Shown here: positions 1 to 9,904 of the stretch, piece by piece
Layout: each line of letters opens with the position of its first letter
How positions within the stretch are numbered: position 1 is the stretch's first letter
Assembly (NCBI GenBank): GCA_021299555.1
Contig: JAJTGH010000033.1
Coordinates: 1 to 63,538, forward strand
DNA length: 63,538 bases
Direction: 5' to 3'
DNA from: Comamonadaceae bacterium
GTDB taxonomy: Bacteria; Pseudomonadota; Gammaproteobacteria; Burkholderiales; Burkholderiaceae_C
The notes under the pieces: generated by a model
The model's database searches: none
What the model was told of the DNA's origin: nothing
What the model saw: the letters and a program-made list of their open reading frames with translations, nothing else
Translations under genes and position numbers: made by a program

Positions 1-6
1 CGCTTG

Positions 7-839
7 TCAGAGGCGGTTGGCTTCGACCGGGGTCTGCAGACCCGAGGAGTTGACCGTGCCGCTGATCTTGGAGCCGGACACGCGGCCGGTGAAGGTGTGC
101 ACATTGCGGTCGGGCGTGCTGAACTGAAAGCTGATCTCCTCACCGCGCAGGCGTGCACCCACAGAGGCTGCGTCGCGCTGGCGCGGGTCAGAGTGCCGCC
201 TATGTTTTGAAACGTCTGACGCATGCTCAAACGCACGGGACCGCCTTCCAGGCCGGTGAGCATCCAGTCGCCCTCAACCTGGGCGGGGACCACCCAAAAA
301 TAGCCACGGGCGTACTCATTGGTCATGGTCTCGTCCGGCTCCCAGTCGCCCATGGTGAATGCGTGCGAGACGATGCGCGTGCCCGGCTTCATCTTGAGCA
401 GAGTCGGGCGCAGACGCAGGTTCAGGTCGGGCAGCAGATACAAGGTGACCACGTTGGCCGAACTGAAATCTTCCACGAAGATATCGCCGGTGATGATGCG
501 CACCTTGTCGCTCATGCCAGCCTCCTTTACCTTGCAGCGGGCATAGTCGGCCATCTTGGGGTTGTATTCGATGCCCACCGCATTGGCGCCAAACTTGCGC
601 GCCGCAGTGATGGCAATGATGCCGTCACCGGCGCCCAGATCGAACACCCGGTCTTGCGCCGTGACCTTGGCCGCTGTGAGCATCTTGTCGATCAAGGGCT
701 CGGGGGTGGGGATCCAGATCACGTCCTTGCCGGACTGTCCGCGGGTGGGTGCCAGCTCCTTGCAAGGATCGGCCCAAGCACAATTCATGGCCACAAAGCC
801 GGCCATCAAGCCCAGCGACAACTGTCGGAAAGAGATCAC
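7..839 (-). pseudogene. Class I SAM-dependent methyltransferase with N-terminal signal-like peptide; 1-nt frameshift near 160
   Basis: Manual translation: GTG at 839 after AGGAG; KDVIWIPTP...VFDLGAGDG...GIEYN...VVTLYLLPDLNLRLRP...RIVSHAF. The natural C-terminus (GARLRGEEISFQF...VEANRL*, stop 7-9) is in another frame, and the 833-nt span is not a multiple of 3. Absent from the ORF track because the shifted frame runs off the window. Confidence 0.8.
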
Positions 840-1058
840 GTTCGACTCCTGTTTGAAAAAAGTTGGGGTAAGAGCTGCGCACCAGCAGATCCAGCGCAGG
901 GCGTATTTATACGTTGGACAATTTAAAAGATTTTCGTTGACTATGAACTCTCGCCCGCAATCTCCTCACACATTACGGATCAGGACTAACCCTAATCTTG
1001 CAGTTTCAAGCAAAACCTGCGCGCGATGGCCAGCCCGACCCAAATCATCGAGAATCTG

Positions 1059-1616
1059 CTAGGCCTGCCCCGTGCCCGCCTTGATATGAAATTGCGGATA
1101 GGTACGCGCCACCAGAGGTCCCGCAGGGTCCCAGGCCAGGCAGCCCCCCATGGGCAGAGGCGGCTTGCCAGCACCTTCCTGCGCCTGGTTCAGTCGCCGC
1201 GACAGGGTCTGAAACGCCACCGTGCCCATGTTGAACAGCAGCTCGCGCAAGTGGGCGCATCCCAGCACCTTGCCCAGCCTTTCGTCGATGGCCTGACGCC
1301 AGCCTTTGCGCAATGAACAACCGATGATGCTGCGCATTGGCTGGCGGGCGCCCAAACATTCCGAGTGTGGAATGTGGTCCATCGAAACCTCGATGTCATG
1401 GACGATGAGCGCATCATCAATGACCAATCGAATGGCCATGCCATGAACCGGCTCCCCAGGCTCCCAGGCGCGCTCACCAATCACCTCAAAGCCAAACGTC
1501 TTGGTGTCAAGCAAGGTCGCTTCGATGTCATAGAGACCGTCGTCCCGGGCAAAGCCCTCGTAACGCACCTGACGGGTGTGCAAAAGGCGGCGGGGTTGGG
1601 CAGGGGGCAAAGGCAT
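1059..1616 (-). CDS. DUF2889 family protein
   Basis: RRLLHTRQVRYEGFARDDGLYDIEA...PVHGMAIRL...C..LG...GCAHLRELL pattern. Confidence 0.8.
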   Translation of the reverse strand: MPLPPAQPRRLLHTRQVRYEGFARDDGLYDIEATLLDTKTFGFEVIGERAWEPGEPVHGMAIRLVIDDALIVHDIEVSMDHIPHSECLGARQPMRSIIGCSLRKGWRQAIDERLGKVLGCAHLRELLFNMGTVAFQTLSRRLNQAQEGAGKPPLPMGGCLAWDPAGPLVARTYPQFHIKAGTGQA

Positions 1617-1724
1617 ACCGGACTACCTTGGGTCGGTGGCTAAATCGTCAAGTATCGGACAAAGGCAACACCGAGTCTGCCACCCTGGCGTCAGCGGCGC
1701 CGGGCGCCAAGATGCTGCATGCGC

Positions 1725-2363
1725 TTAAGCGGCGTCGGGTTGCTGCAAGGGCGCGGCCTTCTTGAAGGGATCGAGCAACATGCAAGCCGCATCGACCGCC
1801 GAGATCAGCGGCCAGCGCGACAGGTCAACCTTGAAGCGGCGAGCGCTCTCGACCTGTGGCACCAAATACACGTCGGCCAGACCCGGCTGGCCACCGAAAC
1901 AAAAATCCCCGCGTGTGGTGTCGGCAGCCAGCAAAGCCTCCAGGGCATCAAAGCCGGCCGCGATCCAGGTGGCGCACCAGGCGTTGACCGCTGCCTCGTC
2001 GGCCTTGAGTTGCTGGCGCAGGTACTCAAGAATGCGTCGGTTGTTGATGGGGTGGATGTCGCAGCCGACTATGGCCGCCAGAGCGCGCACCCGGGCCCGC
2101 TGATCGGGCTCGCTGGGCAGCAAGGCGGGGGTTGGGTGGCGCTCTTCGAGCCATTCGATGATGGCTGGCGACTGGATCAACACCCTCTGGCCGTCGACCA
2201 GCACCGGCACCAGCCCTTGCGGATTGAGGGCCTTGAATTCGTCCTTAAGGTGCTGCTCGGTGCGCAGATCGACCGCAACATAGTCAACCGGCAGGCCCTT
2301 GAGGTTGAGCGCAATGCGCAGACGGTGCGAGGTGCCACTGCGGAAAAAATTGTAAAGCTGCAT
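1725..2363 (-). CDS. maiA: Maleylpyruvate/maleylacetoacetate isomerase (GST zeta)
   Basis: LYNFFRSGTSHRLRIALNLKG, NPQGLVP, QSPAIIEWLEE, CDIHPINN; located in gentisate operon (NagL-like). Confidence 0.92.
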   Translation of the reverse strand: MQLYNFFRSGTSHRLRIALNLKGLPVDYVAVDLRTEQHLKDEFKALNPQGLVPVLVDGQRVLIQSPAIIEWLEERHPTPALLPSEPDQRARVRALAAIVGCDIHPINNRRILEYLRQQLKADEAAVNAWCATWIAAGFDALEALLAADTTRGDFCFGGQPGLADVYLVPQVESARRFKVDLSRWPLISAVDAACMLLDPFKKAAPLQQPDAA

Positions 2364-2457
2364 CCGTGCAATCTTTCGGGAAAAGCGTCAGACAGTTGTC
2401 CCGGGGGATGGCCAGGCCCTGGCAGGCACCAGCACATACAAACGGGACTCGGAGGTC

Positions 2458-3159
2458 TTACTCGGCCGCTGCGATGGTCAGCGCGATCTCGGCCACGCCT
2501 TCCACACGGCCGGTGATCTTGTCGCCAGGCACGACCGGACCCACGCCCTCGGGCGTGCCGGTGTAGATCAGGTCGCCGGCTTCCAGGTGGTAAAACCGGG
2601 AGAGGTCGGCGATGATCTCGCGCACGTTCCAGATCAGTTTGTCGATGTTGGAATTTTGCTGGGTCACGCCGTTGACCTCCAGGGCAATGCCCGCGCGCTC
2701 AAGCACCACGCCGGGCATGGGAACAATCTCAGAGCAAACGGCCGACTGCTCAAAGTCCTTGCCCAGATCCCACGGCCGGCCTTTGTCACGTGCATACAAC
2801 TGCAGATCGCGTCGCGTCATGTCCAGGCCGCTGGCATAGCCGTATATGAGCGGGGCCGCCTGCTCCTGGGAGACCCGAAAGCCGCGCCTGCCGATGGCGA
2901 TGACCAATTCCATTTCATAGTGGTAATTCTGGGTCCCTGGCGGGTAGGCGACTGTGGCACCACTTTGAACCAGGGTCTGCGGCGATTTGGTGAAATAAAA
3001 CGCGGGGTCGACCGACTTGTCCACCGTGCGTCCCATCTCCGCAGCATGGGCGTGGTAGTTGCGACCCACGCAAAAAATACGGTGGATCGCGAACCGCTGG
3101 CTTTGACCTCGTATGGGCAGACTGGAAACGGCAGGTGGGCTAAAGAGGTAGGCGGTCAT
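2458..3159 (-). CDS. Fumarylacetoacetate hydrolase family, probable fumarylpyruvate hydrolase (NagK-like)
   Basis: [49 protein letters not shown]. Confidence 0.9.
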   Translation of the reverse strand: MTAYLFSPPAVSSLPIRGQSQRFAIHRIFCVGRNYHAHAAEMGRTVDKSVDPAFYFTKSPQTLVQSGATVAYPPGTQNYHYEMELVIAIGRRGFRVSQEQAAPLIYGYASGLDMTRRDLQLYARDKGRPWDLGKDFEQSAVCSEIVPMPGVVLERAGIALEVNGVTQQNSNIDKLIWNVREIIADLSRFYHLEAGDLIYTGTPEGVGPVVPGDKITGRVEGVAEIALTIAAAE

Positions 3160-3198
3160 GGTGGAGGGCGGGTCAACAAAGAGGGGGGGCGATCCGGT

Positions 3199-4233
3199 TC
3201 AGGAGCGAACTTCATAGACACCGAGCTTGCGGTGCAGGGGCGACTCGTCGGCCATGAACAGGAAGGCCGGCTCGCTACCGGACAGGTTGCGCAAGGTCAC
3301 TGGCGTGTAGCCAGGAGCGCAGCAGGTGTCGGCCAGTTCCAGGGTAAAGCTCTGGCCTTCGATTTGGACCTGAGCCCGTCCCTCAATCTGATGGAAGACG
3401 CAAGCCGGTGACCGGGCAGGCAGCATCAGGCTTTGCCCCGGACGCAGCATGAGCGCATAAAACCCGAGGATGTTCTCCGCGTCCTCTCCGGTCTCGGGGT
3501 TGACATAGGTGATCTGCAGGCATTCGATGCTGACATCCAGGGCCATGGACTGAAGGGCCGCCTTGGCATCGACCCAGGGATAACGCAGCATGGGGTAGCG
3601 CTTGTCGCTGCGCTCAAACACCGGCGTGGGCGCCAGACCGCCGCGCGCGTATTGCTGGTGGCCTTGGCGTGGGCTGGTTTCCTGGCGCTGACCGTTGACG
3701 TGGTAGGACGCCTCCATATAGAAAACCAGCGGCAGATCCAGCACGTCGAGCCAGATCACCGGGTCTGGGCCCTCGTGGCCGTGTTCGTGCCACAAACCGG
3801 TGGGTGTCAGAATGAGATCGCCGCGGCTCATCGGGCACTTTTCGCCCTCGACCGTGGTCCACGCGCCCTCGCCCTCGACCACCATGCGCACCGCGTTGGG
3901 GGTGTGACGGTGGCTCGGCGCCCATTCGCCGGGCAAGAGCAGTTGCATGCCCAGATAGATCGCACTGCTGGCCTGCATCTTCTCAAGACCATGGCCCGGA
4001 TTGGCGAGCACCAGAACGCGGCGCTCGGCCTTTTCGATCGGAGTCAGTTGGCCAGCGCGCAGCAGCAAAGGCTTGATGCCCTGATAGGACCAATGGGTGG
4101 CCCGGGTCTTGCGCGCCGGCACATGCGCCGGCATGACGCCCCGCAAACTGGGCCAAAGCGGCACCAGATTTTGTGCGATCAGGTCCTCTCGGTAGTCCGC
4201 AGGCAGATCTTCGAGGCGGCCGAGTTCATTCAT
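3199..4233 (-). CDS. gtdA: Gentisate 1,2-dioxygenase (bicupin)
   Basis: Own ATG at 4233 with GGAGGAGA SD; ERRVLVLANPG, APSHRHTPNAVR, WHEHGH, WLDVLDLP. Confidence 0.88.
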   Translation of the reverse strand: MNELGRLEDLPADYREDLIAQNLVPLWPSLRGVMPAHVPARKTRATHWSYQGIKPLLLRAGQLTPIEKAERRVLVLANPGHGLEKMQASSAIYLGMQLLLPGEWAPSHRHTPNAVRMVVEGEGAWTTVEGEKCPMSRGDLILTPTGLWHEHGHEGPDPVIWLDVLDLPLVFYMEASYHVNGQRQETSPRQGHQQYARGGLAPTPVFERSDKRYPMLRYPWVDAKAALQSMALDVSIECLQITYVNPETGEDAENILGFYALMLRPGQSLMLPARSPACVFHQIEGRAQVQIEGQSFTLELADTCCAPGYTPVTLRNLSGSEPAFLFMADESPLHRKLGVYEVRS

Positions 4234-4276
4234 GTCGAGGTCTCCTCCAAGGGTTCGCGCGTCGGGTTGGCTGCGC

Positions 4277-5445
4277 TCAGGCCGCTTGCGCCCGCTCGGC
4301 CACATGGGCGGGGCAATCGCGCAAGCCTGCGTCCAGGCAGTTGGCCACATTCCAGCCATAAAGCCACTGCACCGCATCATAAAAGCCGTCGGCCGTCCGG
4401 CCACGCCACAGGTCATTGCGCACCAGACGCTCGACGCCCTGGGCGTGGTAGATACGCCCCATTTCGCGGGCCGACAAGCCCGCAGCGACTCACCCAGAGT
4501 GACCGCGTCTTCGAGCGCCATGCAAGCGCCCTGGGCCATGTACTGCGTGGTGGGATGGGCCGCATCGCCGAGCAGCGTGACCCGGCCAAAGGTCCAGCGG
4601 CCTATGGGGTCGCGATCGGCCGTGGCCCAGCGTTTCCAGCTCTTGGGCAGATCGATCAATTGACGGGCCCTGGGGATGATGCCCTGAAAGTAGCTCTGTA
4701 CCTCTTCCTTGCTGCCCTCGGTGACGCCCCACTGCTCTTGCTGCCGGCTGTGAAAGGTCACCACCACGTTGTATTGCTCGCCGCCGCGCAGCGGGTAGTG
4801 AACCAGGTGGCAATTGGGGCCGACCCAGATGCTCGCTGCATTCCACTTGAGTTCGTCCGGGAACTCATTTTTTTCGACCACCGCACGGTAAACCACGTGA
4901 CCGGTGACCCGAGCCGGGTCACCGACAAACTGCTCGCGCACCACCGACTTGACCCCATCGGCGCCGATCAGCGCCACGCCGCGAAACCGCCGGCCGTTTT
5001 GGTCGAACACCGTCACGCCGGCATCGTCTTGCTCGATGCGCTCGATCCGGGTGCTGGTGAAAAACTCCACCCGTCCGGTGTCCTGCGCGCCCTCGAGCAA
5101 GGAAAAATGCACGTCCGCACGGTGGATCACGGCATAGGGGTTGCCAAAGCGCTCGCGAAATTTCTCATCCGTTGCGATCTTGCCCACCTGGTAGCCGTCG
5201 AGCGCATCGTGCATGACCATGAAGTCGGTGAATACCGAACGGCTGCGCGCCTTTTGACCGACGCCCAAAGCGTCAAATGCATGAAAGGCGTTCGGGCCCA
5301 ACTGGATGCCGGCGCCGATTTCACCAATCTGCGGAGCTTGCTCGAACACCTGAACCCGGTAGCCCTGACGGACAAGGGCCAAAGCGGCGGCAATACCACC
5401 GATGCCACCGCCGGCCACCAGCACTGGCGCTGAGTTTTCAGACAT
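4277..5445 (-). pseudogene. 3-hydroxybenzoate 6-monooxygenase (FAD) with internal deletion and frameshift near 4479
   Basis: VLVAGGGIGG, GEIGAGIQLGPNA, GADGVKS, LLGDAAHPTTQYMAQGACMALED; the family C-terminus (SAREMGRIYHAQGVERLVRNDLW...WLYGW) is in a different frame (ORF 4277..4477). Confidence 0.85.
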
Positions 5446-5485
5446 AAACCCGTCTCCTCCGATCGACTTTTGATGCAGTCCAATA

Positions 5486-5499
5486 ATAAGCATGCATAT
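5486..5499. promoter_or_regulatory. Imperfect palindrome ATAAGCATGCATAT, candidate repressor operator of the gentisate operon
   Basis: One-mismatch inverted repeat in the AT-rich region about 40 nt upstream of the hydroxylase start. Confidence 0.35.
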
Positions 5500-5567
5500 C
5501 TTTTGTGTCAAGCTTGACCGAAGGGGCGCGAAAGCAGGCTCGGAGCCAGCGGGCGCACAATCCGGGC

Positions 5568-6617
5568 ATGTCCCCAGCCAGCTCCCATCCTTATGAACGA
5601 CTGACCCCGGATGTGGTGCTCGACGCCATGGCAGACGTGGGGCTGTGGGGCGATGGCCGTTTGACGGCCTTATCGAGCTACGAAAACCGCGTCTACCAAG
5701 CCTGCCTGGAGACAGCGCAGCCCGAGACCGGACTGACGGCCAATGATCGCGTGGTGCTCAAGTTCTATCGACCGGGCCGCTGGAGCGACGCACAAATTCT
5801 GGAGGAACAGGAGTTTGCGGCGCAATTGGTGGCTGCCGAGGTCCCCGTGGTGGCGGCCTTGCGACTGCCCGGGCAGTCGGCACCGGCCGCAGGATCGACC
5901 TTGCACCACCATGCAGGCTTTGCTTTCTCGGTCAGCCCCTGGCGAGGTGGCCGGCGGCCCGAATTGGAAGACACGCAGGTGCTCCAATGGATTGGCCGTT
6001 TTCTGGCCCGTATCCACAACGTGGGCGGCTTGCGGCCCTTTGCGCACAGGCCGGCCTTGGACCTGCAGACCTTTGGCACCGACAGTCAGCGCCTGCTCGC
6101 GCAGGGCGATCACCTGCCCCTGGACATGGCCTCGCGCTGGCAAAGCGCCTACACCGAGGCCATGCAGGTGGCTCAGGGCATCTGGCAGGAGGTCGGTGCC
6201 CTACAGTCCTTGCGCCTGCACGGGGACTGCCACCCCGGCAATATTTTGTGGACTCCAGAGGGCTCGCCCGGGGCCGGACCCCACTTCGTCGATCTCGACG
6301 ATGCGCGCATGGGTCCGGCCGTGCAGGACCTGTGGATGCTGCTGTCGGGTGAACGGGCCCAGCAGTTGCAGCAGCTGGGCGCGTTGGTCGACGGCTACGA
6401 GGAATTGCGCGAACTCGATCGCCGCGAATTGCGCCTGATTGAAGTGCTGCGCACCCTGCGTCTGATTCACTACAGCGCCTGGCTGGCCCAGCGCTGGAGC
6501 GACCCGATCTTCCCAATCAACTTTCCCTGGTTTGGCTCGAGCGACTACTGGAAGGGGCAGGTGGACATGCTGATCGAGCAGACCGAGGCCATGCAGGCGC
6601 CGCCTCTGGTGGCCTGA
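5568..6617 (+). CDS. srkA: Stress-response Ser/Thr kinase SrkA/RdoA (YihE)
   Basis: LSSYENRVYQ, KFYRPGRWS, RLHGDCHPGNILW, FVDLDDARMGPAVQDLWMLL, WLAQRWSDPIFPINFPWF. Confidence 0.92.
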   Translation: MSPASSHPYERLTPDVVLDAMADVGLWGDGRLTALSSYENRVYQACLETAQPETGLTANDRVVLKFYRPGRWSDAQILEEQEFAAQLVAAEVPVVAALRLPGQSAPAAGSTLHHHAGFAFSVSPWRGGRRPELEDTQVLQWIGRFLARIHNVGGLRPFAHRPALDLQTFGTDSQRLLAQGDHLPLDMASRWQSAYTEAMQVAQGIWQEVGALQSLRLHGDCHPGNILWTPEGSPGAGPHFVDLDDARMGPAVQDLWMLLSGERAQQLQQLGALVDGYEELRELDRRELRLIEVLRTLRLIHYSAWLAQRWSDPIFPINFPWFGSSDYWKGQVDMLIEQTEAMQAPPLVA

Positions 6618-6790
6618 GCCGTGGGCGTTTTTCGCGCCTCACGACCCCACAAAGAATCGGTTTGAATGCAGTTCCCAATTCCCGACCAGGCAATCCGGGA
6701 ACAGACCCACTTGCTTTGCGCCCTTAGCATCTCGCTATAGTTGTGGGCTACCGGCTCACGCACCGATTGCCCCTTTTTAAGAGCACACCC

Positions 6791-6967
6791 ATGAAAAGAC
6801 GATCCTTGATCGGCGCAGCGCTGCTGGGCGCCAGCGGCTGGGCAGCCGCACAGGCGAGCGCTTGGCCGACCCGGTCCATCAACTTGATCGTGCCCTTTTC
6901 TCCGGGCGGGCTGGCCGATGCCCGACGCATGGCCGAGGTGGTCAAGCGAATCGGCAAGGTCGAGTAG
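6791..6967 (+). pseudogene. Remnant of Bug/TctC solute receptor (signal peptide and N-terminus joined to C-terminal helix)
   Basis: MKRRSLIGAALL...AWPTRSINLIVPFSPGGLAD|ARRMAEVVKRIGKVE; 58 aa versus about 320 aa typical. Confidence 0.8.
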
Positions 6968-6994
6968 ATATTCACAACCCTTGAAGGAGAATTC

Positions 6995-7816
6995 ATGCAA
7001 CGCAAACACTTTGTGCGCTTCGCGCTGGGCCTGGTGGGCCTGGCCAGCCTGATTGGCCAGGCGCCCGTGGCGGCGCAAACCTACCCCGCCCGACCGGTCA
7101 AGGGCTACACGCTCCTGATGATGTCCAACACCCACACGGTCAATGAGACCCTGATCCCCAACAAGCCCTTTGCACTCATGAAGGACTTTGTTGGCGTGGC
7201 GCCGATCAACTACTCCGACCTGGTGCTGGTGGCCCATCCGTCCAAAGGCATCAACACGCTGGGCGATCTGATCAAGCGCGCCCAGGCCGAGCCGGGCAAG
7301 CTGAACTACGCCTCATCCGGCCCCGGCACGCCCTATCACATGGCCGGTGAACTGCTCAAGAGCATGGCGCGCATCAACATGGTTCATGTGCCTTACAAGG
7401 GCAGCTCGGGCGCGCGCACCGACGTGATTGGCGGTCAGGTCGACCTGATGTTCGACGCCGTGACCACCATGACCGAGCAGGTCAAGGCCGGCAAGGTCAA
7501 GGCGCTGGCCACCAGCGGCCGTGCGCGCTCCGACGTCATGCCCGATGTGCCGACCCTGACCGAGTCTGGCGCCCCCGGCTACGAGGCCACGATCTGGCTG
7601 GGCGTCATGGCCCCACGGGGCACGCCGCAAGCGGTGGTCGACAAGCTCAATGAGACCATCAGCAAGATCGTCGGCACCGCCGAGGTCAAGCAGGGTTGGA
7701 GCCGGCAGGGCGCCACGCCCATGGTCATGAATCCGGCTGCTTTCAACAAATACCTCAACGAGGACATCGCCAAGTGGGCCGGCGTCATCAAGGCGGCCAA
7801 CATCAAGCTCGATTGA
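6995..7816 (+). CDS. Bug/TctC solute receptor with in-frame deletion near 7102
   Basis: YPARPVK|GYTLLM lacks the VPFxxGG...NxxGAxG segment; rest canonical (YASSGPGT, HVPYKGS, PDVPT). Confidence 0.82.
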   Translation: MQRKHFVRFALGLVGLASLIGQAPVAAQTYPARPVKGYTLLMMSNTHTVNETLIPNKPFALMKDFVGVAPINYSDLVLVAHPSKGINTLGDLIKRAQAEPGKLNYASSGPGTPYHMAGELLKSMARINMVHVPYKGSSGARTDVIGGQVDLMFDAVTTMTEQVKAGKVKALATSGRARSDVMPDVPTLTESGAPGYEATIWLGVMAPRGTPQAVVDKLNETISKIVGTAEVKQGWSRQGATPMVMNPAAFNKYLNEDIAKWAGVIKAANIKLD

Positions 7817-7846
7817 TCCTCTCGACCGCCAGCAACACCCTGCCCC

Positions 7847-8566
7847 ATGTCCGCGTCCTTGTACCTGCTCAGCGGCGGCGCCGCCAACGGCCTGGTCAGT
7901 CGATTGCAGGGCCGGTTCACCGAGCAGACCGGGCTGCAGATCCATGGCACGTTCAGTGCTGTCGGCCAGATGAAACAGGCCCTGCTGGCCGGCCAGCCCT
8001 GCGACCTGGTGATCCTGACCGAGGCCCTGGTGCGCGAGCTTGTCGCCAGCGGGCACCTCGAGGGCGCCACCGCGCGGCGCGTGGGTGTGGTGCGAACCGG
8101 TCTGGGCGTGCCCGCAGGGCAGGTGGCTCCGCCCATGAGCACTGCGCAGCAACTGGCCCAGGCCCTGCAGCAGGCCAGCGGTGTCTACATGGCCGACCCG
8201 CTCAAGGCCACGGCCGGCATCCATTTCATGAAGGTGCTGCGCGAGCTCGGCCTGGATCTAAGCCTGGGTCCGCGCCTGCGCCCCTTTGCCGACGGCCAAA
8301 CCGCCATGGCGGCGATGGTGCGTGACAGCGGCCCAGCGGGCCAAACCCTGATCGGCTGCACACAGATCACCGAGATCCTCAACACCGAGGGAGTGCGGTC
8401 GGTCGGCCTGCTGCCGCCGCAGTTCGAGTTGGCCACGGTCTACAGCGCAGCCGTGGTCAAGGGCTCAGGGCACTCGCGTGCGGCCGCTGCGATGATCGAA
8501 CTGCTGTGCCAGCCCGAGCAGGCCCGGTTGCGCCAGGCCTGCGGCTTCGACTCAGACCCAGCCTGA
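7847..8566 (+). CDS. ModA-like (SBP_bac_11) substrate-binding protein
   Basis: LLSGGAA, FSAVGQMK, DLVILT, ADPLKATAGIHF, TQITEI, ATVYSAAV. Confidence 0.7.
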   Translation: MSASLYLLSGGAANGLVSRLQGRFTEQTGLQIHGTFSAVGQMKQALLAGQPCDLVILTEALVRELVASGHLEGATARRVGVVRTGLGVPAGQVAPPMSTAQQLAQALQQASGVYMADPLKATAGIHFMKVLRELGLDLSLGPRLRPFADGQTAMAAMVRDSGPAGQTLIGCTQITEILNTEGVRSVGLLPPQFELATVYSAAVVKGSGHSRAAAAMIELLCQPEQARLRQACGFDSDPA

Positions 8567-8582
8567 CTCGATGCCAGAGCGC

Positions 8583-9854
8583 TCAGGCTGCAGCCCGAAC
8601 GGGCGCAGCAGGGCGCACGCGGGACCGCCGATCCACGGCCTGACCATGGACCAGATCGGCCACCATGTCGGCCGTGCCGGCCGACAGCGTCCAGCCCAGA
8701 TGGCCGTGGCCGGTGTTGTAGAACACATTGGCCCGGTGTCCGCGGCCGACGCGGGGCATCATGTTGGGCATCATGGGCCGCAGTCCGGCCCAAGGCACCA
8801 CCTGTCGTGTACTCACGCCCGGGAAGCACCGATTGACCCAGTCGACCAGCGGCCGCACCCGGTCGGCCCGAATATCGCCGTTGTAGCCATTGAATTCGGC
8901 GGTGCCCGCCACGCGAAAGCGATCGACCCCAAGACGGCTGGTGACCAGCTTGGTCTCGTCGTCAAGCAGGCTGACCTGCGGGGCCGCAGCCTGGCTGGTT
9001 GCATCGAGCAGGTTGACGGTGATCGAGTACCCCTTGACCGGGTAGACATTGAGGCGGTCGCCAAGCTGGCTGGCCAACTCGCGGCTGCGCACGCCAGCAC
9101 ACACCACCAGACCATCGAAGTGCAGTTGCTCCACGTCGCCATCCTCGCGCAAGACGGTGACGCTGGCGCGCTCGCCGTCGGCTTGCAGGCGCTGCACCTG
9201 CGAGTCGTAGCGCACCGTCACCCCCAGGCGCTGGGCGGCAGCAGCCAGCCCAACCGTGAACTTGTGGATGTCACCGGTGGAGTCGCTCTCCGTGAAAAAT
9301 CCACCGTGGTACTGGCCAGCCAGCGTGGGCTCTATGGCGCGCATTTCCTGCGGGGTGACGGACCGGCGGGTCAGGCCAGCGCGGGCCAGCAGCTCGGTGA
9401 CCCGGGTTGCATGGTCAAAGCCGGCCTGGCTGCGATAGATGTGCAAGATGCCCTGCCGCTTGAGGTCAAAGTCGATGCCCTCTTCCTGCGCCCAGGCAAA
9501 CAGGTGCGACCGCGCGGCAATGGCCAGGCGCGCGGTTTGCACCGTGTTGTGCTCGTAGCGGGGGATGCTGGCAATGAACTGGGCAAACCAGGACAGCTTG
9601 TGCCAGCTCGGCCTGGGGTTGACCAGCAGCGGCGCATCGCTGCGCAGCATCCATTTCAGGCCCTTGAGCACGGTCGATGTGTGATTCCACACCTCGGCGT
9701 TCGAGGCCGAGAGCTGGCCGCCGTTGGCAAACGAGGTCTCCATGGCGGCGTAGCGGTGACGCTCGAGCAAGGTGACCTGCAGGCCACGACGGGCCAGGGC
9801 GTAGGCGGTGGTCACGCCGGTGATGCCGCCACCAATGACTGCGATGTGCTTCAT
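8583..9854 (-). CDS. D-amino acid dehydrogenase (DadA-like FAD oxidoreductase)
   Basis: IAVIGGGITGVTTAY, ETSFANGGQLS, YPVKGYSIT, RVAGTAE, WAGLRPM, NTGHGHLGWT. Confidence 0.9.
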   Translation of the reverse strand: MKHIAVIGGGITGVTTAYALARRGLQVTLLERHRYAAMETSFANGGQLSASNAEVWNHTSTVLKGLKWMLRSDAPLLVNPRPSWHKLSWFAQFIASIPRYEHNTVQTARLAIAARSHLFAWAQEEGIDFDLKRQGILHIYRSQAGFDHATRVTELLARAGLTRRSVTPQEMRAIEPTLAGQYHGGFFTESDSTGDIHKFTVGLAAAAQRLGVTVRYDSQVQRLQADGERASVTVLREDGDVEQLHFDGLVVCAGVRSRELASQLGDRLNVYPVKGYSITVNLLDATSQAAAPQVSLLDDETKLVTSRLGVDRFRVAGTAEFNGYNGDIRADRVRPLVDWVNRCFPGVSTRQVVPWAGLRPMMPNMMPRVGRGHRANVFYNTGHGHLGWTLSAGTADMVADLVHGQAVDRRSRVRPAAPVRAAA

Positions 9855-9904
9855 GAGGTTCTCTCCAGAAAAGGCAGTTCGCACGCCATGCGCGCAGCGA
9901 ACGC

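Noticed and set aside
3433-5433. 666-aa plus-strand ORF and similar long antisense ORFs (8571..10001, 14020..15375, 37482..38609, 46573..47862)
   Set aside because: Each lies opposite a well-supported gene and has no recognisable domain.
3199-5511. 770-aa natural monooxygenase-dioxygenase fusion protein
   Set aside because: The linker is out-of-frame hydroxylase sequence, and gtdA has its own SD and ATG.
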